From a virus (lineage: Duplodnaviria; Heunggongvirae; Uroviricota; Caudoviricetes), in the IMG/VR virus record IMGVR_UViG_3300038492_000258, positions 108,995 through 172,994 of that record: DNA of 64,000 nt. One strand, written 5' to 3'. Of the stretch, positions 9,326-18,034 are shown piece after piece (positions within the stretch are counted from its first letter, which is position 1; each line of letters opens with the position of its first letter). The position numbers were made by a program, and so were the translations under genes. The notes beneath the pieces were generated by a model, which made no database searches, was not told where the DNA came from, and saw only the letters and a list, made by a program, of their open reading frames with translations.

Positions 9326-9947
9326 TTTACATGAACAATATACTAAATGGCAGGCGTCCAGCATGCCTGACGGCAATGTATTTGTAGTAACTGGAGACTT
9401 TACTTATCACGGTACGCTTCCTGAGATTGTTCGATTTGCTAAGTGGCTAGACACTATGCCTTACGAACACAAAATTGTGATTGCTGGTAATCACGATTGG
9501 TTGTTTCAAAAGGGTCAGTTTATGGCGATCGACCTTCTGAAAGAAAACTGTCCGGACGCGATTTACCTGGAAGACAGCGGATGTGTAGTAGATGGAATTC
9601 GTTTCTGGGGTAGTCCCTGGCAACCGTGGTTTTTTGACTGGGCATTCAACTTGCCTCGCGATAGCGAGGCTATACAGCGTAAATGGGACTTGATCCCAAA
9701 AGAAACAGATGTTCTCTTGACACATACGCCACCCTACGGTATAATGGACATCACTCGTGAAGGCAAGCATGTTGGGTGTGAGCGACTGACACAGTCCTTA
9801 CAAAGAATTCAGCCGAAAGCCCATATTTTTGGGCATATTCATGAGAGTTATGGTATACTAGAGCGTGGCGGCACTATCTTCGCCAACGCCTCGTCCGTTA
9901 ATAGAAATTATCGATTAGTAAACGACCCAGTGGTAATTGAGATATGA
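9303..9947 (+). CDS. calcineurin-like metallophosphoesterase
   Basis: Motifs GDFTYHG, GNHD, GHIH characteristic of metallophosphoesterases; candidate RNA end-healing 2',3'-phosphatase. Confidence 0.7.
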   Translation: MIIVGASDLHEQYTKWQASSMPDGNVFVVTGDFTYHGTLPEIVRFAKWLDTMPYEHKIVIAGNHDWLFQKGQFMAIDLLKENCPDAIYLEDSGCVVDGIRFWGSPWQPWFFDWAFNLPRDSEAIQRKWDLIPKETDVLLTHTPPYGIMDITREGKHVGCERLTQSLQRIQPKAHIFGHIHESYGILERGGTIFANASSVNRNYRLVNDPVVIEI

Positions 9948-11452
9948 TCCTGAATGCAAGCGATCTAAATTTTTGGCTGAAGTTTAGGCTCAACGTGCTT
10001 ATGGAAGGTAAGCACGGTGTGGGCAAGACTGGTATTATCGAAGAATTCTTCACACGAGAGTTCGGCGAGATTGGTCAGGATTGGCTTTACCTATCTGGAT
10101 CTACCATGGATCCATGGGTTGACTTTATTGGAGTTCCTCGTGAAGTAATGGATGAGAACGGTGAACCTTACCTACAGCTTGTTCGGCCCAAGGCTATGCG
10201 AGACGGTAAGGTGAAAGCTATTTTCATTGACGAATATAACCGTTCGCACCCGAAGGTGCGGAATGCCGTTATGGAACTAATTCAATTCAGACGGATTAAC
10301 GGACACAAGTTTCCCAATCTTCAAGTAGTTTGGGCCGCTGTTAATCCGGATAATGGTGATTACGATACGGAAGCAGTTGATCCGGCCCAGCAGGATAGAT
10401 TTGATGTCCAAGTGGCAATTCCTTATAAGCCCGATGAAGAATACTTTGCCAAAAAGTATGGTGCAAATTGGGCTGAAGCAGCCTGTGCTTGGTGGAAGAG
10501 TCTTGGTGAAGATTGGAAAGACAAAATCTCTCCTCGTCGCCTAGACAAGGCACTCTTTGTTAAAAAGAACGGTGGCAAGCTCAGCTACATTCTACCGGAA
10601 AAATGTGGTATTCAAAAACTCTCTCAAGATCTCAGTGAGGGCCCGGCTGAACGACGACTTAAAGAATTGTTTGCCAAAAACGACGTTGACGGACTTCGTA
10701 AGTTCTTGGTTGACGGCAATAACTACGATGATTGTAAGGAAGCAATCATTGAAAAAGACGAGCGTTTGCGTATGATTTTCCCGATGCTTCATCGGGAACG
10801 TCAAGTGGCATTGATTCATGAAGAGCCCCGTGTTAAGAATTACGTTTTCAATAATGCAGGATTCTTTCAACCCGTCCTAGCGACCTTGGCCACTTCTTCA
10901 CAAAACGAAAAAACTAAAAAAGAGGCACAAGCCAAACTTGACGAAATTATGGGGGCTACCGTTAGTACGGCAACCCCTACCGACAATCCTTTTGCCGGAG
11001 ATTTTGGTAGTGAGATTGCTCCAAGTAGTCGCTCGGCCGTAGCTAACACTATGTGCATTCGTGTCGATAGTCATTGTGAACGTATGCCTATCACTGGCTC
11101 AACTAGGTCAATTGGAAACGTTAGTATTAACGATGTCCGAATGGCTATCAACGGCAGCACAGATGCCAAAAAGAACTTGCTAGAAAATGATGTTGCTACT
11201 TGTGTTCATGAGAAAATGAGTAAAGAAGAGGCGATTTATGCTGGTCGAATTCTTGATCTTGTGGCTTCTCGCTCCCATGCTCGCACGATGATGCAGCTCC
11301 CAATCGTACCGTTTATTAACACTCTCGTTCATGTTTTGGGGTATACTGTAGACGAGATGTGCGAAGCCTTCCCCAATCTGATGGTTAAGGTGGTGGACAA
11401 AGTTTTGCAGGAAAATCCTGATCTAAAGGGATTTGTTTTCAAGCGTATCTAA
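9944..11452 (+). CDS. MoxR-like AAA+ ATPase
   Basis: Walker A GKHGVGKTG, Walker B IFIDEYNR, 502 aa; start overlaps previous stop (ATGA). Confidence 0.7.
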   Translation: MILNASDLNFWLKFRLNVLMEGKHGVGKTGIIEEFFTREFGEIGQDWLYLSGSTMDPWVDFIGVPREVMDENGEPYLQLVRPKAMRDGKVKAIFIDEYNRSHPKVRNAVMELIQFRRINGHKFPNLQVVWAAVNPDNGDYDTEAVDPAQQDRFDVQVAIPYKPDEEYFAKKYGANWAEAACAWWKSLGEDWKDKISPRRLDKALFVKKNGGKLSYILPEKCGIQKLSQDLSEGPAERRLKELFAKNDVDGLRKFLVDGNNYDDCKEAIIEKDERLRMIFPMLHRERQVALIHEEPRVKNYVFNNAGFFQPVLATLATSSQNEKTKKEAQAKLDEIMGATVSTATPTDNPFAGDFGSEIAPSSRSAVANTMCIRVDSHCERMPITGSTRSIGNVSINDVRMAINGSTDAKKNLLENDVATCVHEKMSKEEAIYAGRILDLVASRSHARTMMQLPIVPFINTLVHVLGYTVDEMCEAFPNLMVKVVDKVLQENPDLKGFVFKRI

Positions 11453-11454
11453 GA

Positions 11455-12765
11455 ATGGTTGAATACTACGAACTAGAGGAAGAGTTTGAACGAATTGGCA
11501 TGGGTCTTGAGCGGTGGCATGGGCTATTCGCTCAGATTTGGGCCATGGGGGTACCTCGATTCGTTGAGCATCTAAACCCTCCTACTGCTGGAGTTTCATT
11601 CAACCGTGAAGGGCGTTTTCATGAATTCCTATTTCACAGGGAATTCTGGCAAGAGCTGAATGATTACCAGCGAGAGTTTATTATTTCACATGAATGTTTG
11701 CACGTTACACTCAAGCATGGTGTGAGGTACAAAGATTGCAAAAATAAGGACCTTGGTAATATTGCTCTTGATATTGTAGTCAACCGGATGCTTTGTGAGA
11801 GCTTTGGGTTTAGTCGAACTAGACTTGGGGATCTAGGAGACGAACTAATTTGGTTAGATACTGTATTCGAAGATACTACGGGAATTGATCCCGACGAATC
11901 TTTTGAATACTACTATGCTTTACTAGAGCAGAAAATGTCTGGTGGCGGCGGTAAAGGTAATGGCAAGGGCGAAGGTAAAAGCGAGAGCAGTAAGGGCGAA
12001 GGTGGCCAATCTCCTGGTGATGGAGGAGGAATGCCTCAGCCTATTGATGTGCATGATATGCTTCCTGGCTTCGATGACGATGACGTCAAAGACAGCATAG
12101 ATGGCATGATCGAGGATGCTCTCGGTCAATTGTCAAATGAAGAATTGGATCAACTCCAAAAGGCTGGCTGCATGCCTGGTAATGGTATGCATATTGCCCG
12201 TATCTTTAAAAAGAGAAATAAGCGTAGTTGGGAAGAGATTATTGATCGTTGGACCAAAAAAGGTGCAGAAACACCTGAAGAGCAATGGACGCGTCGTAAT
12301 CGGCGGCACGTTTTCTTGTCGCCAGAATTTATGTTGCCAGCCGAAGTAGAGGATGGTAATAGTGGCAAGAAGGCTAATGTTTGGTTTTTTCAGGATACTT
12401 CTGGATCTTGCAAACATATGGCAGATGATTTCTTTAATTCTGCCATGACATTCCCAACGAAAGTATTTAAAGTTCGCATGTTTGGGTTCACCACTCATGT
12501 CTATGAAATTGATCCTAAGAAAAGAAAGTTAGAAGGATTTGGCGGCACTTACTTTCATATTATTGAAGGCCATATTCAAAAGATCTGCAAGGAAGAAAAA
12601 GTAGCATATCCTGATGCTGTATTCGTTTTTACGGATGGTTGTGGCTCTAATGTAAGGCCACAATATCCTGAACGATGGTATTGGTTCTTGGATGGTCGGG
12701 GTCAAACTAAAACATATATTCCCTCTAAATCACAACACTTCAAGCTTAAGGACTTCGTAGAATGA
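11455..12765 (+). CDS. VWA/metallopeptidase-like partner of the AAA+ ATPase (DUF2201-like)
   Basis: HECLHVTLKH (HExxH-like) N-terminal, Gly-rich linker, C-terminal VWA-like region; typical MoxR-VWA pairing. Confidence 0.5.
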   Translation: MVEYYELEEEFERIGMGLERWHGLFAQIWAMGVPRFVEHLNPPTAGVSFNREGRFHEFLFHREFWQELNDYQREFIISHECLHVTLKHGVRYKDCKNKDLGNIALDIVVNRMLCESFGFSRTRLGDLGDELIWLDTVFEDTTGIDPDESFEYYYALLEQKMSGGGGKGNGKGEGKSESSKGEGGQSPGDGGGMPQPIDVHDMLPGFDDDDVKDSIDGMIEDALGQLSNEELDQLQKAGCMPGNGMHIARIFKKRNKRSWEEIIDRWTKKGAETPEEQWTRRNRRHVFLSPEFMLPAEVEDGNSGKKANVWFFQDTSGSCKHMADDFFNSAMTFPTKVFKVRMFGFTTHVYEIDPKKRKLEGFGGTYFHIIEGHIQKICKEEKVAYPDAVFVFTDGCGSNVRPQYPERWYWFLDGRGQTKTYIPSKSQHFKLKDFVE

Positions 12766-13352
12766 AAATTTCAGATCACGTTTTTGATTATCTCGTTTCC
12801 GTTACGGACGACGAGGATATTGGAGCAACACGAAGATCAACGTTTTGGGGTTTCCTGTTATTTGGAGTCGTGGCCATTCTAGCCACCACGGGACTATATT
12901 TTAATGTAGCAGCGGCCCTGACCCTCACGCATGCGTTAGCTTGGGTTATTGGATTGCTCTGGATATTTGTTGCTGGAGTTTCTTTCCTTGGAATTGTTGG
13001 TTTATGGAGTATTAATGACTTCGATAAAAACTCGCGAAGTTATGATAATAAAATTTTCCATGAGCCGCACGTACAGTTCCGTCCAGGTTTCTTTTATCGG
13101 GTCCTAAACTGGACTGCTCGGCCGGGTTATATTGCTCTTTCGGTAATTGCTGGCTGGACTTTTCTATTGGTCGTCCAACTGCTTGCTCTGGCCGTAATGG
13201 TATTTTGTAGGCAGCAAATGAAAGGTGCCTGGCGAAAACGACTTGCTATTCTTGAATCCATGGATCCCGAAGAATTGGGGTCGATCAGGCAGCATTCACA
13301 CCCCTTTGAGGCTATGGCTAAGGCGGCCCTCGAAAATTTCGAAAAAAGTTGA
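12762..13352 (+). CDS. integral membrane protein
   Basis: About 4 hydrophobic helices. Confidence 0.4.
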   Translation: MKISDHVFDYLVSVTDDEDIGATRRSTFWGFLLFGVVAILATTGLYFNVAAALTLTHALAWVIGLLWIFVAGVSFLGIVGLWSINDFDKNSRSYDNKIFHEPHVQFRPGFFYRVLNWTARPGYIALSVIAGWTFLLVVQLLALAVMVFCRQQMKGAWRKRLAILESMDPEELGSIRQHSHPFEAMAKAALENFEKS

Positions 13353-13378
13353 GACACTCAGAAGTCTTAGTGTATAAT
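13349..13378 (+). promoter_or_regulatory. sigma70-like promoter TTGAGA-18-TATAAT
   Basis: TTGAGA at 13349, TATAAT at 13373; heads a 1.1-kb non-coding stretch. Confidence 0.45.
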
Positions 13379-13384
13379 AGTACT

Positions 13385-14215
13385 CGCGGATGAGATTCGC
13401 GACCTTCGGAAGAGGTGGGATGTAGCCCCCAAGTAGAGGTAACAGCGGCTGCGGCATCGTTAAATGCGGTGATTGTGTGGATAGAGGGAACGATAGCCAT
13501 GGATAGCTTCAACTGTCCGGGCACTCTACATGCCTTCGGGCATAGCCCTTCCGAAGAACTCTTTGACAACTTGTAATCGTACACCTGATGTTACGGTACC
13601 GTAACATCAGGAACCTAAGATAGTTACAGCAGAGAGGTAACTCTGCGGTATCGAGTATGAAGCCTCGGCATCACGTTACCAAGCATGCCAACCTCATGAA
13701 GGGAAGAGGATAAGAAAGATACCAGTAACTATTTATCTGACCCTGTCGTCTAGGCTAGGACACCCCCAATACTCAGGGGGAGACGAAGGTGCAACACCTT
13801 CCGGGGTCGCCAAACATGTTATTAACAAGCAGCTTATGGTGAAAAACTAAGGATAATGCTGACCCATAAACAAGTCCGTGGACCGATCTAAGCTTCCCCG
13901 GGCACTGCTACAATTACCACGAAGGGGTGGATAAGATTCTTGAAGTAAATAGAGACGTTCGCTTAGAAAACTATCTTTTTTATGAGGAGAACTCCGTCTC
14001 CGACAGAATTCCAAAATTGTATGTTGATAACAACTAGAGGCGAACATATTATCGCCTCTAAAGTCCAAACATGTATATGACGTAGCTACAGTCAGCATGT
14101 TTCTCTTAATCGGGCAAATTGTAGGAACGAATTCGGAATCGGCCAGCGATGTCCAGAATTCTTCGCGAGTATTAGGTTCGGACTGGCATACCCTTTTACG
14201 TCGAAGATTAAGAGT
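13385..14215 (+). ncRNA. long structured non-coding region (unknown RNA)
   Basis: No credible ORF; UUCG-capped hairpins (ATGCC-TTCG-GGCAT), long-range pairing CCTTCGGAAGAG/CTCTTCCGAAGG about 140 nt apart; the minus ORF 13847..14485 runs through tRNA genes and is spurious. Confidence 0.3.
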
Positions 14216-14224
14216 TTTTACATT

Positions 14225-14313
14225 GCCGTAGTATACCACTAGGGACGTGGAGCGGGCTGTAACCCCGTCGCCCGTAAAGGGCTGGCTAGGTTCGACTCCT
14301 AGATGCGGCACCA
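14225..14313 (+). tRNA. tRNA-Tyr (anticodon GUA), long variable arm, CCA encoded
   Basis: Anticodon arm GCGGG-CTGTAAC-CCCGT, variable arm GCCC-GTAAA-GGGC, T arm CTAGG-TTCGACT-CCTAG, ends ACCA. Confidence 0.6.
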
Positions 14314-14319
14314 AATAAT

Positions 14320-14465
14320 GGGATGGTATGTGGATGACAAGCGTGTGAAAGCTGGAACTTATGGAGAATGTAAATTGGCCAATTGCTTCCGTGAAGTAAG
14401 ATTCTTGGAGAACAAGATTTAGGCAGACCGGGCGTTGTGTTTGGGTTCGACTCCCAACCATTCCA
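14320..14465 (+). tRNA. tRNA-Ala-like paralog carrying an insertion of about 70 nt
   Basis: Same acceptor (GGGATGG/CCATTCC with G3.U70), D region and T arm as the tRNA-Ala at 6671..6747, but about 146 nt long. Confidence 0.35.
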
Positions 14466-14474
14466 TCAATCAAG

Positions 14475-14502
14475 TTGACAACCACTAGTATCGAGGTATA
14501 AT
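14475..14502 (+). promoter_or_regulatory. consensus sigma70 promoter TTGACA-16-TATAAT giving a leaderless transcript
   Basis: TATAAT ends 6 nt before the ATG at 14509. Confidence 0.5.
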
Positions 14503-14508
14503 GAGACC

Positions 14509-16590
14509 ATGAACAAGCAAGAAATTCTTATTAAGAAGCGTGATGCGATCGAAGCTCGTCCGGCAGCTCGTGCTCGTGCGGCAGATCTGAAAGATCCTCG
14601 TGCTTTGGTTTTCCAAGCCGAAGCCATGAGGCTTGGATTTATCCTCAGCGAAGACCTTTTGTCTACCATTAGTCGTCTGAGCGACACCGCAATTATGGCC
14701 CTCTACAAAGAAGTGGTGCCTGTTCTGCGGAACATGGTCGGCGATGATGTCGAGTGGAAGCCGATGTATCCTAACTTCCCGAAGCAAGTTATGGAGGCAC
14801 CGGTTATTGAGCTTTTCCTTAACGCTATCGTTCACTATTGGTCGGGCGGACAATGGACGCCCGATTATGTCGCTGAGCCTCGTTTGCCGGCATTTGAAGC
14901 AACAAAATTCCGCACTCTGTCCCTTGCCGGGAGCGACGACCTAGCTTCTATCTTTACAGAAATTCTGTCCGCAAACGCTTCTGTTACGCCTGCGGATATC
15001 CGTATGCTCACGGAAATGTTTGATCGTGGCGATATTAATGAAGCTCAATTGGCAGCGGCCCTTCCGGATAATATTCCGTTTAGAGAAACTCTCTGCTGGT
15101 TTGTTGGTGAATGTATCGATCGTGGATGGACCGTGACGGGCATGGGAGCACTCAAAACGGCTACCGACGTATTGCGGGTAGCTACCCACCTTTCTCAAGG
15201 AGATGTTTCTCTTGCTGAGAATACTCGCTATCGTAGCTTTAGTCGCCCCTTGCGTAGGGCCTTCGTTGAAAGGTTGGAGCAAGTAGCGAACCAGAACGAT
15301 GTTTTCCGTCATCGTGGTAAATGGGTGCGTCTAGCTCACTCGTTACACGTTGGAGACTTTAGTGCCCAAGCACCTAATTTCTACAACATGATTACGGCTG
15401 CTCGGAGTAATGCTACTAAATATCAAAGCTTTGATGGTCGTGTAGAATCCGCCATTGCAAATCGCGACCGTAAGGGCGTTTGTAGTCTCCTAAAGCAACG
15501 TCCTGGTGTATTCGCACGTCGTCTTGATCATCTTCTGCGAGAATTTGGTCCCCGTGATATTGCACGGGAATTCATTGGTGTGGTTGATAAGGTAGATACG
15601 CGAGTACTGCTACAACTGCATGGTCATTTCAATGGACGTACTCAGAGCGTCGATCGTCGTTTGGTATTCCCGAAGGGCAATATGGGTAAGGCACGTTTGC
15701 TTACTAATACGCTAGAGGCTCTGCCTACGGCAACCGTAAAGCATATTCGTGATGGTATTGAAAGTGCTCTAGAGGCACGTTTTGCGACCCTAGATCCTCT
15801 TGGAAAAGTTTATATCGATAAGACACTTTGGGATTGCCCAATTCCATTGAGCCTACGTTCTGCATCCGAAGGGCTACAAACTGTCGCCCGAGGCACACGA
15901 ATGCCGATTGGGGATAAGGGTACCGTTCGGATGTTTATCTACTGGAAAGGTCGTGACATTGATCTTTCTGGATTCTTGGTAAATGAAGACTTTACGCAAG
16001 AAAGTACTGTCGCTTATTACAATCTAAGAGAAGGTTTCGGATGTCACTCTGGCGATATTACGAATGCTCCTCGTGGTGCTTCTGAGTTTATTGACATTAA
16101 TGTCGATCAAGCTTTGGCTGAAGGTCATCGTTACCTAGTAATGACCGTTCATGTATATTCTGGTCCTACTTTTAAGGAGCACGAAGTTTGTTATGCGGGC
16201 TGGATGACCAGAAGTCATCCTGGCAGTAATGAGATTTACGATCCCAAAACTGTTCAGCACCGCATCGATGTGCAGGCCGATAGCCGCACGGCTGTGCCTG
16301 TTATGTTTGACCTAAAAGAAAGACAAGCGATTTGGCTTGACTTGGTCCAACGTGGTGGTAATCTAAGGCGTCCTAACAATGTTGCGAACAGCAAGGCTGG
16401 CCTTGTGGATTTCATTGATGGGGCATTGAATATGGATAATAAGCCAACGCTCTTCGAGCTATTCGAAATGCATGCAAGAGCACGAGGTACGATCGTTGAC
16501 AATATGAATGATGCCGATAAAGTCTTCTCTTGGTCTGAAGGCACGAAGCCTACGGATGTATCAGAGATTCTTTCAGAGTATCTTGGTTGA
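14509..16590 (+). CDS. large hypothetical protein (693 aa)
   Basis: Long uninterrupted ORF; helical N-terminal two-thirds, C-terminal region with degenerate vWA-like DIDLSGF segment; function unknown. Confidence 0.45.
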   Translation: MNKQEILIKKRDAIEARPAARARAADLKDPRALVFQAEAMRLGFILSEDLLSTISRLSDTAIMALYKEVVPVLRNMVGDDVEWKPMYPNFPKQVMEAPVIELFLNAIVHYWSGGQWTPDYVAEPRLPAFEATKFRTLSLAGSDDLASIFTEILSANASVTPADIRMLTEMFDRGDINEAQLAAALPDNIPFRETLCWFVGECIDRGWTVTGMGALKTATDVLRVATHLSQGDVSLAENTRYRSFSRPLRRAFVERLEQVANQNDVFRHRGKWVRLAHSLHVGDFSAQAPNFYNMITAARSNATKYQSFDGRVESAIANRDRKGVCSLLKQRPGVFARRLDHLLREFGPRDIAREFIGVVDKVDTRVLLQLHGHFNGRTQSVDRRLVFPKGNMGKARLLTNTLEALPTATVKHIRDGIESALEARFATLDPLGKVYIDKTLWDCPIPLSLRSASEGLQTVARGTRMPIGDKGTVRMFIYWKGRDIDLSGFLVNEDFTQESTVAYYNLREGFGCHSGDITNAPRGASEFIDINVDQALAEGHRYLVMTVHVYSGPTFKEHEVCYAGWMTRSHPGSNEIYDPKTVQHRIDVQADSRTAVPVMFDLKERQAIWLDLVQRGGNLRRPNNVANSKAGLVDFIDGALNMDNKPTLFELFEMHARARGTIVDNMNDADKVFSWSEGTKPTDVSEILSEYLG

Positions 16591-16722
16591 TAAATAAAAT
16601 TGAACGGCCACATAATATCTTCCTTCTATATCTACGATTTTGGAAACCTAGATATTAAACTTTCCGTTCCATTATACAAAACAATGCGGCTATAAGCTTC
16701 TCTTCCTTCTATTTTACCAACC

Positions 16723-16852
16723 GGGGGTTGCGGGTTCGAGTCCCGTCAGGCGGCCCTGCCGTCTGTAGCTCAACTGGTAGAGCACCGGTCTTATTCGAAA
16801 CTAGAGAGCCCAATTTCCGCACTTACAAAGGCCCGGCGACGGCAGGGCCTAT
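16723..16852 (+). ncRNA. atypical tRNA-like element
   Basis: T-arm-like GCGGG-TTCGAGT-CCCGT followed by a D-arm-like GTAGCTCAACTGGTAGAGCA enclosed in a 12-bp inverted repeat GGCCCTGCCGTC/GACGGCAGGGCC; does not fold as a canonical cloverleaf. Confidence 0.3.
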
Positions 16853-16854
16853 CG

Positions 16855-16941
16855 CTCTAGATGACAGATGCATATGTTGTTGGTGTAAAGGCAGCACACC
16901 GGCCGAAAGCCGGAGGAACGGTTCGATTCCGTATCTAGGGT
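16855..16941 (+). ncRNA. tRNA-like element with long extra arm and non-canonical anticodon region
   Basis: Acceptor CTCTAGA/TCTAGGG, T arm AACGG-TTCGATT-CCGTA, extra arm CCGGC-CGAAA-GCCGG; no standard 7-nt anticodon loop found. Confidence 0.3.
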
Positions 16942-17252
16942 GATGAATACAAGGTGGCTATTCGAATTCCTTCCTTCTATGATGCTGCACAAGCATCAGC
17001 CTATTAAGCTGACTTTAGGGATTGTAATTTCCACCACTTAAAACATGACGGCTATTCTTACTTCTTCCTTCTACATCAAATTTATTGGAAAATTTTAAAT
17101 AGAGGCTGAAATCTCCGTCATTTCTTACAAGTGAAGTGTATCTGACTGTACCAACGTGGTGACTATTGAGACCGCAAATCTCAATATGGAATCGACAGAA
17201 TGGGGCGGTGCTCAGCTAGCCGTCAAATGTCACCGGACGCTTCACTTTTCAT

Positions 17253-17289
17253 GTCCATGAAAATTTTCATGTACATGAAAGGGCTCGTT
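17253..17289. promoter_or_regulatory. tandem palindromes TTTTCATGT(C/A)CATGAAA x2 upstream of tRNA-Glu
   Basis: ttttcatgtccatgaaaattttcatgtacatgaaa, each unit internally palindromic (TTCATG-N-CATGAA). Confidence 0.3.
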
Positions 17290-17357
17290 CGTCTATCGGT
17301 TGAGGATACCAGACTTTCAATCTGGAGAGACGGGTTCGATTCCCGTACGAGCTACCA
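17282..17357 (+). tRNA. tRNA-Glu (anticodon UUC), CCA encoded
   Basis: Anticodon arm CCAGA-CTTTCAA-TCTGG, T arm ACGGG-TTCGATT-CCCGT, acceptor GGCTCGT/ACGAGCT. Confidence 0.7.
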
Positions 17358-17361
17358 AATT

Positions 17362-17568
17362 ATGAAGAAAATTATCACACTAAATAAAGATGGGTATCGT
17401 ACCGTGTGGCAAAATAGCAACACAAAAGGTATGATCGATGTTGATATCTTCAAAGAAGACGAAGAGACGCCTTGTTTGGAATGGTCATATGGCAAAGTTG
17501 TTGGTAATTCTATTCTTGGAAACGCCAATTTCTGGCTAGATCAAGCTATTGCTCAAGCAAGAGGTTAA
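17362..17568 (+). CDS. hypothetical small protein
   Basis: ATG right after tRNA-Glu; 68 aa (MKKIITLNKDGY...). Confidence 0.3.
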   Translation: MKKIITLNKDGYRTVWQNSNTKGMIDVDIFKEDEETPCLEWSYGKVVGNSILGNANFWLDQAIAQARG

Positions 17569-17748
17569 AGCAGAAGGAGATGCATGCGGATTAGGCTTGT
17601 AAGCCAAGGGCTTAGAAAAGCAGAAATTATAATCCTAGAAGAAACCACTTATGGTAGAGTGAGTCAAACACGCCATCTGAAGTATTTCGAAAAATATGAT
17701 ACATGGCGTGACGTTCACGGAAATCTCTACAATATAAAGAATAAAAGT

Positions 17749-17814
17749 GTCCTATTGGTGTAACGGTAGCACGCCCGACAGAACTCGGGCAGAACGGTTC
17801 GACTCCGTATGGAC
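17749..17814 (+). ncRNA. tRNA-like element with bulged acceptor and 6/8-nt anticodon-region loop
   Basis: GTCC(T)AT/ATGGAC acceptor with one bulged nt, D arm GTGT..GCAC, stem GCCCG/CGGGC with loop ACAGAACT (8 nt) or CCCGA/TCGGG with 6-nt loop, T loop TTCGACT. Confidence 0.3.
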
Positions 17815-17823
17815 CTGAAACAT

Positions 17824-17900
17824 GGCTCTGGGGCCCGTGAGGACGGGCAGTGGCCTCTAAAACCACTTTGTAGCGGGTTCGACTCCCGTCAGGGCCTCCA
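17824..17900 (+). tRNA. candidate amber-suppressor tRNA (anticodon CUA)
   Basis: Acceptor GGCTCTG/CAGGGCC (7 bp with one G.U), D arm GCCC-GTGAGGAC-GGGC, anticodon arm GTGGC-CUCUAAA-ACCAC with C.A at 31-39 (alternatively perfect 5-bp stem with 9-nt loop, CUA still central), T arm GCGGG-TTCGACT-CCCGT, ends TCCA. Confidence 0.45.
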
Positions 17901-17906
17901 ATATAT

Positions 17907-18034
17907 TGCCATGTAGTGTAAAAGCGGGCGAAAGTCTTATGCGAGTGATCATTAGCTTGGACCTCTTGGAAACGCGGGATAGCACGCCGGAAATTGAGCC
18001 GGTAGTATTGGTTCGAATCCAATCGTGGCAGCCA
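17907..18034 (+). ncRNA. tRNA-like element with about 48-nt insertion in D region and 8-nt anticodon-region loop
   Basis: Acceptor TGCCATG/CGTGGCA, T arm ATTGG-TTCGAAT-CCAAT, ends GCCA; D region GTGT...GCAC interrupted by insert; CCGG-AAATTGAG-CCGG stem-loop. Confidence 0.3.

Larger units (their letters stand above)
16603..17075 (+). repeat. four copies of bipartite motif GGCTAT-N9-TTCCTTCTA(T) interspersed with tRNA-like elements
   Basis: Copies at about 16611, 16688, 16958, 17048: ggccacataatatcttccttctat / ggctataagcttctcttccttctat / ggctattcgaattccttccttctat / ggctattcttacttcttccttctac. Confidence 0.4.

Noticed and set aside
13385-14465. tmRNA (ssrA) hypothesis for the long non-coding region
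   Set aside because: No tag-peptide reading frame ending in a hydrophobic AA-stop, no 5' GGGG...3' CCCC-ACCA acceptor pairing across a roughly 360-nt unit; the T-arm-bearing parts are better explained as tRNA-Tyr and a tRNA-Ala paralog.
13847-14485. 212-aa minus-strand ORF
   Set aside because: Runs antisense through tRNA-Tyr and the tRNA-Ala-like gene (its translation even contains LGVEPSQPF from a T-arm); spurious.
14509-16590. Considered calling the 693-aa protein an Rsr/Ro60 (TROVE + vWA) homolog and the downstream tRNA-like RNAs Y-RNAs
   Set aside because: No GSEGGTYY-like TROVE signature or convincing MIDAS motif was seen by eye; the idea is left as an untested possibility only.
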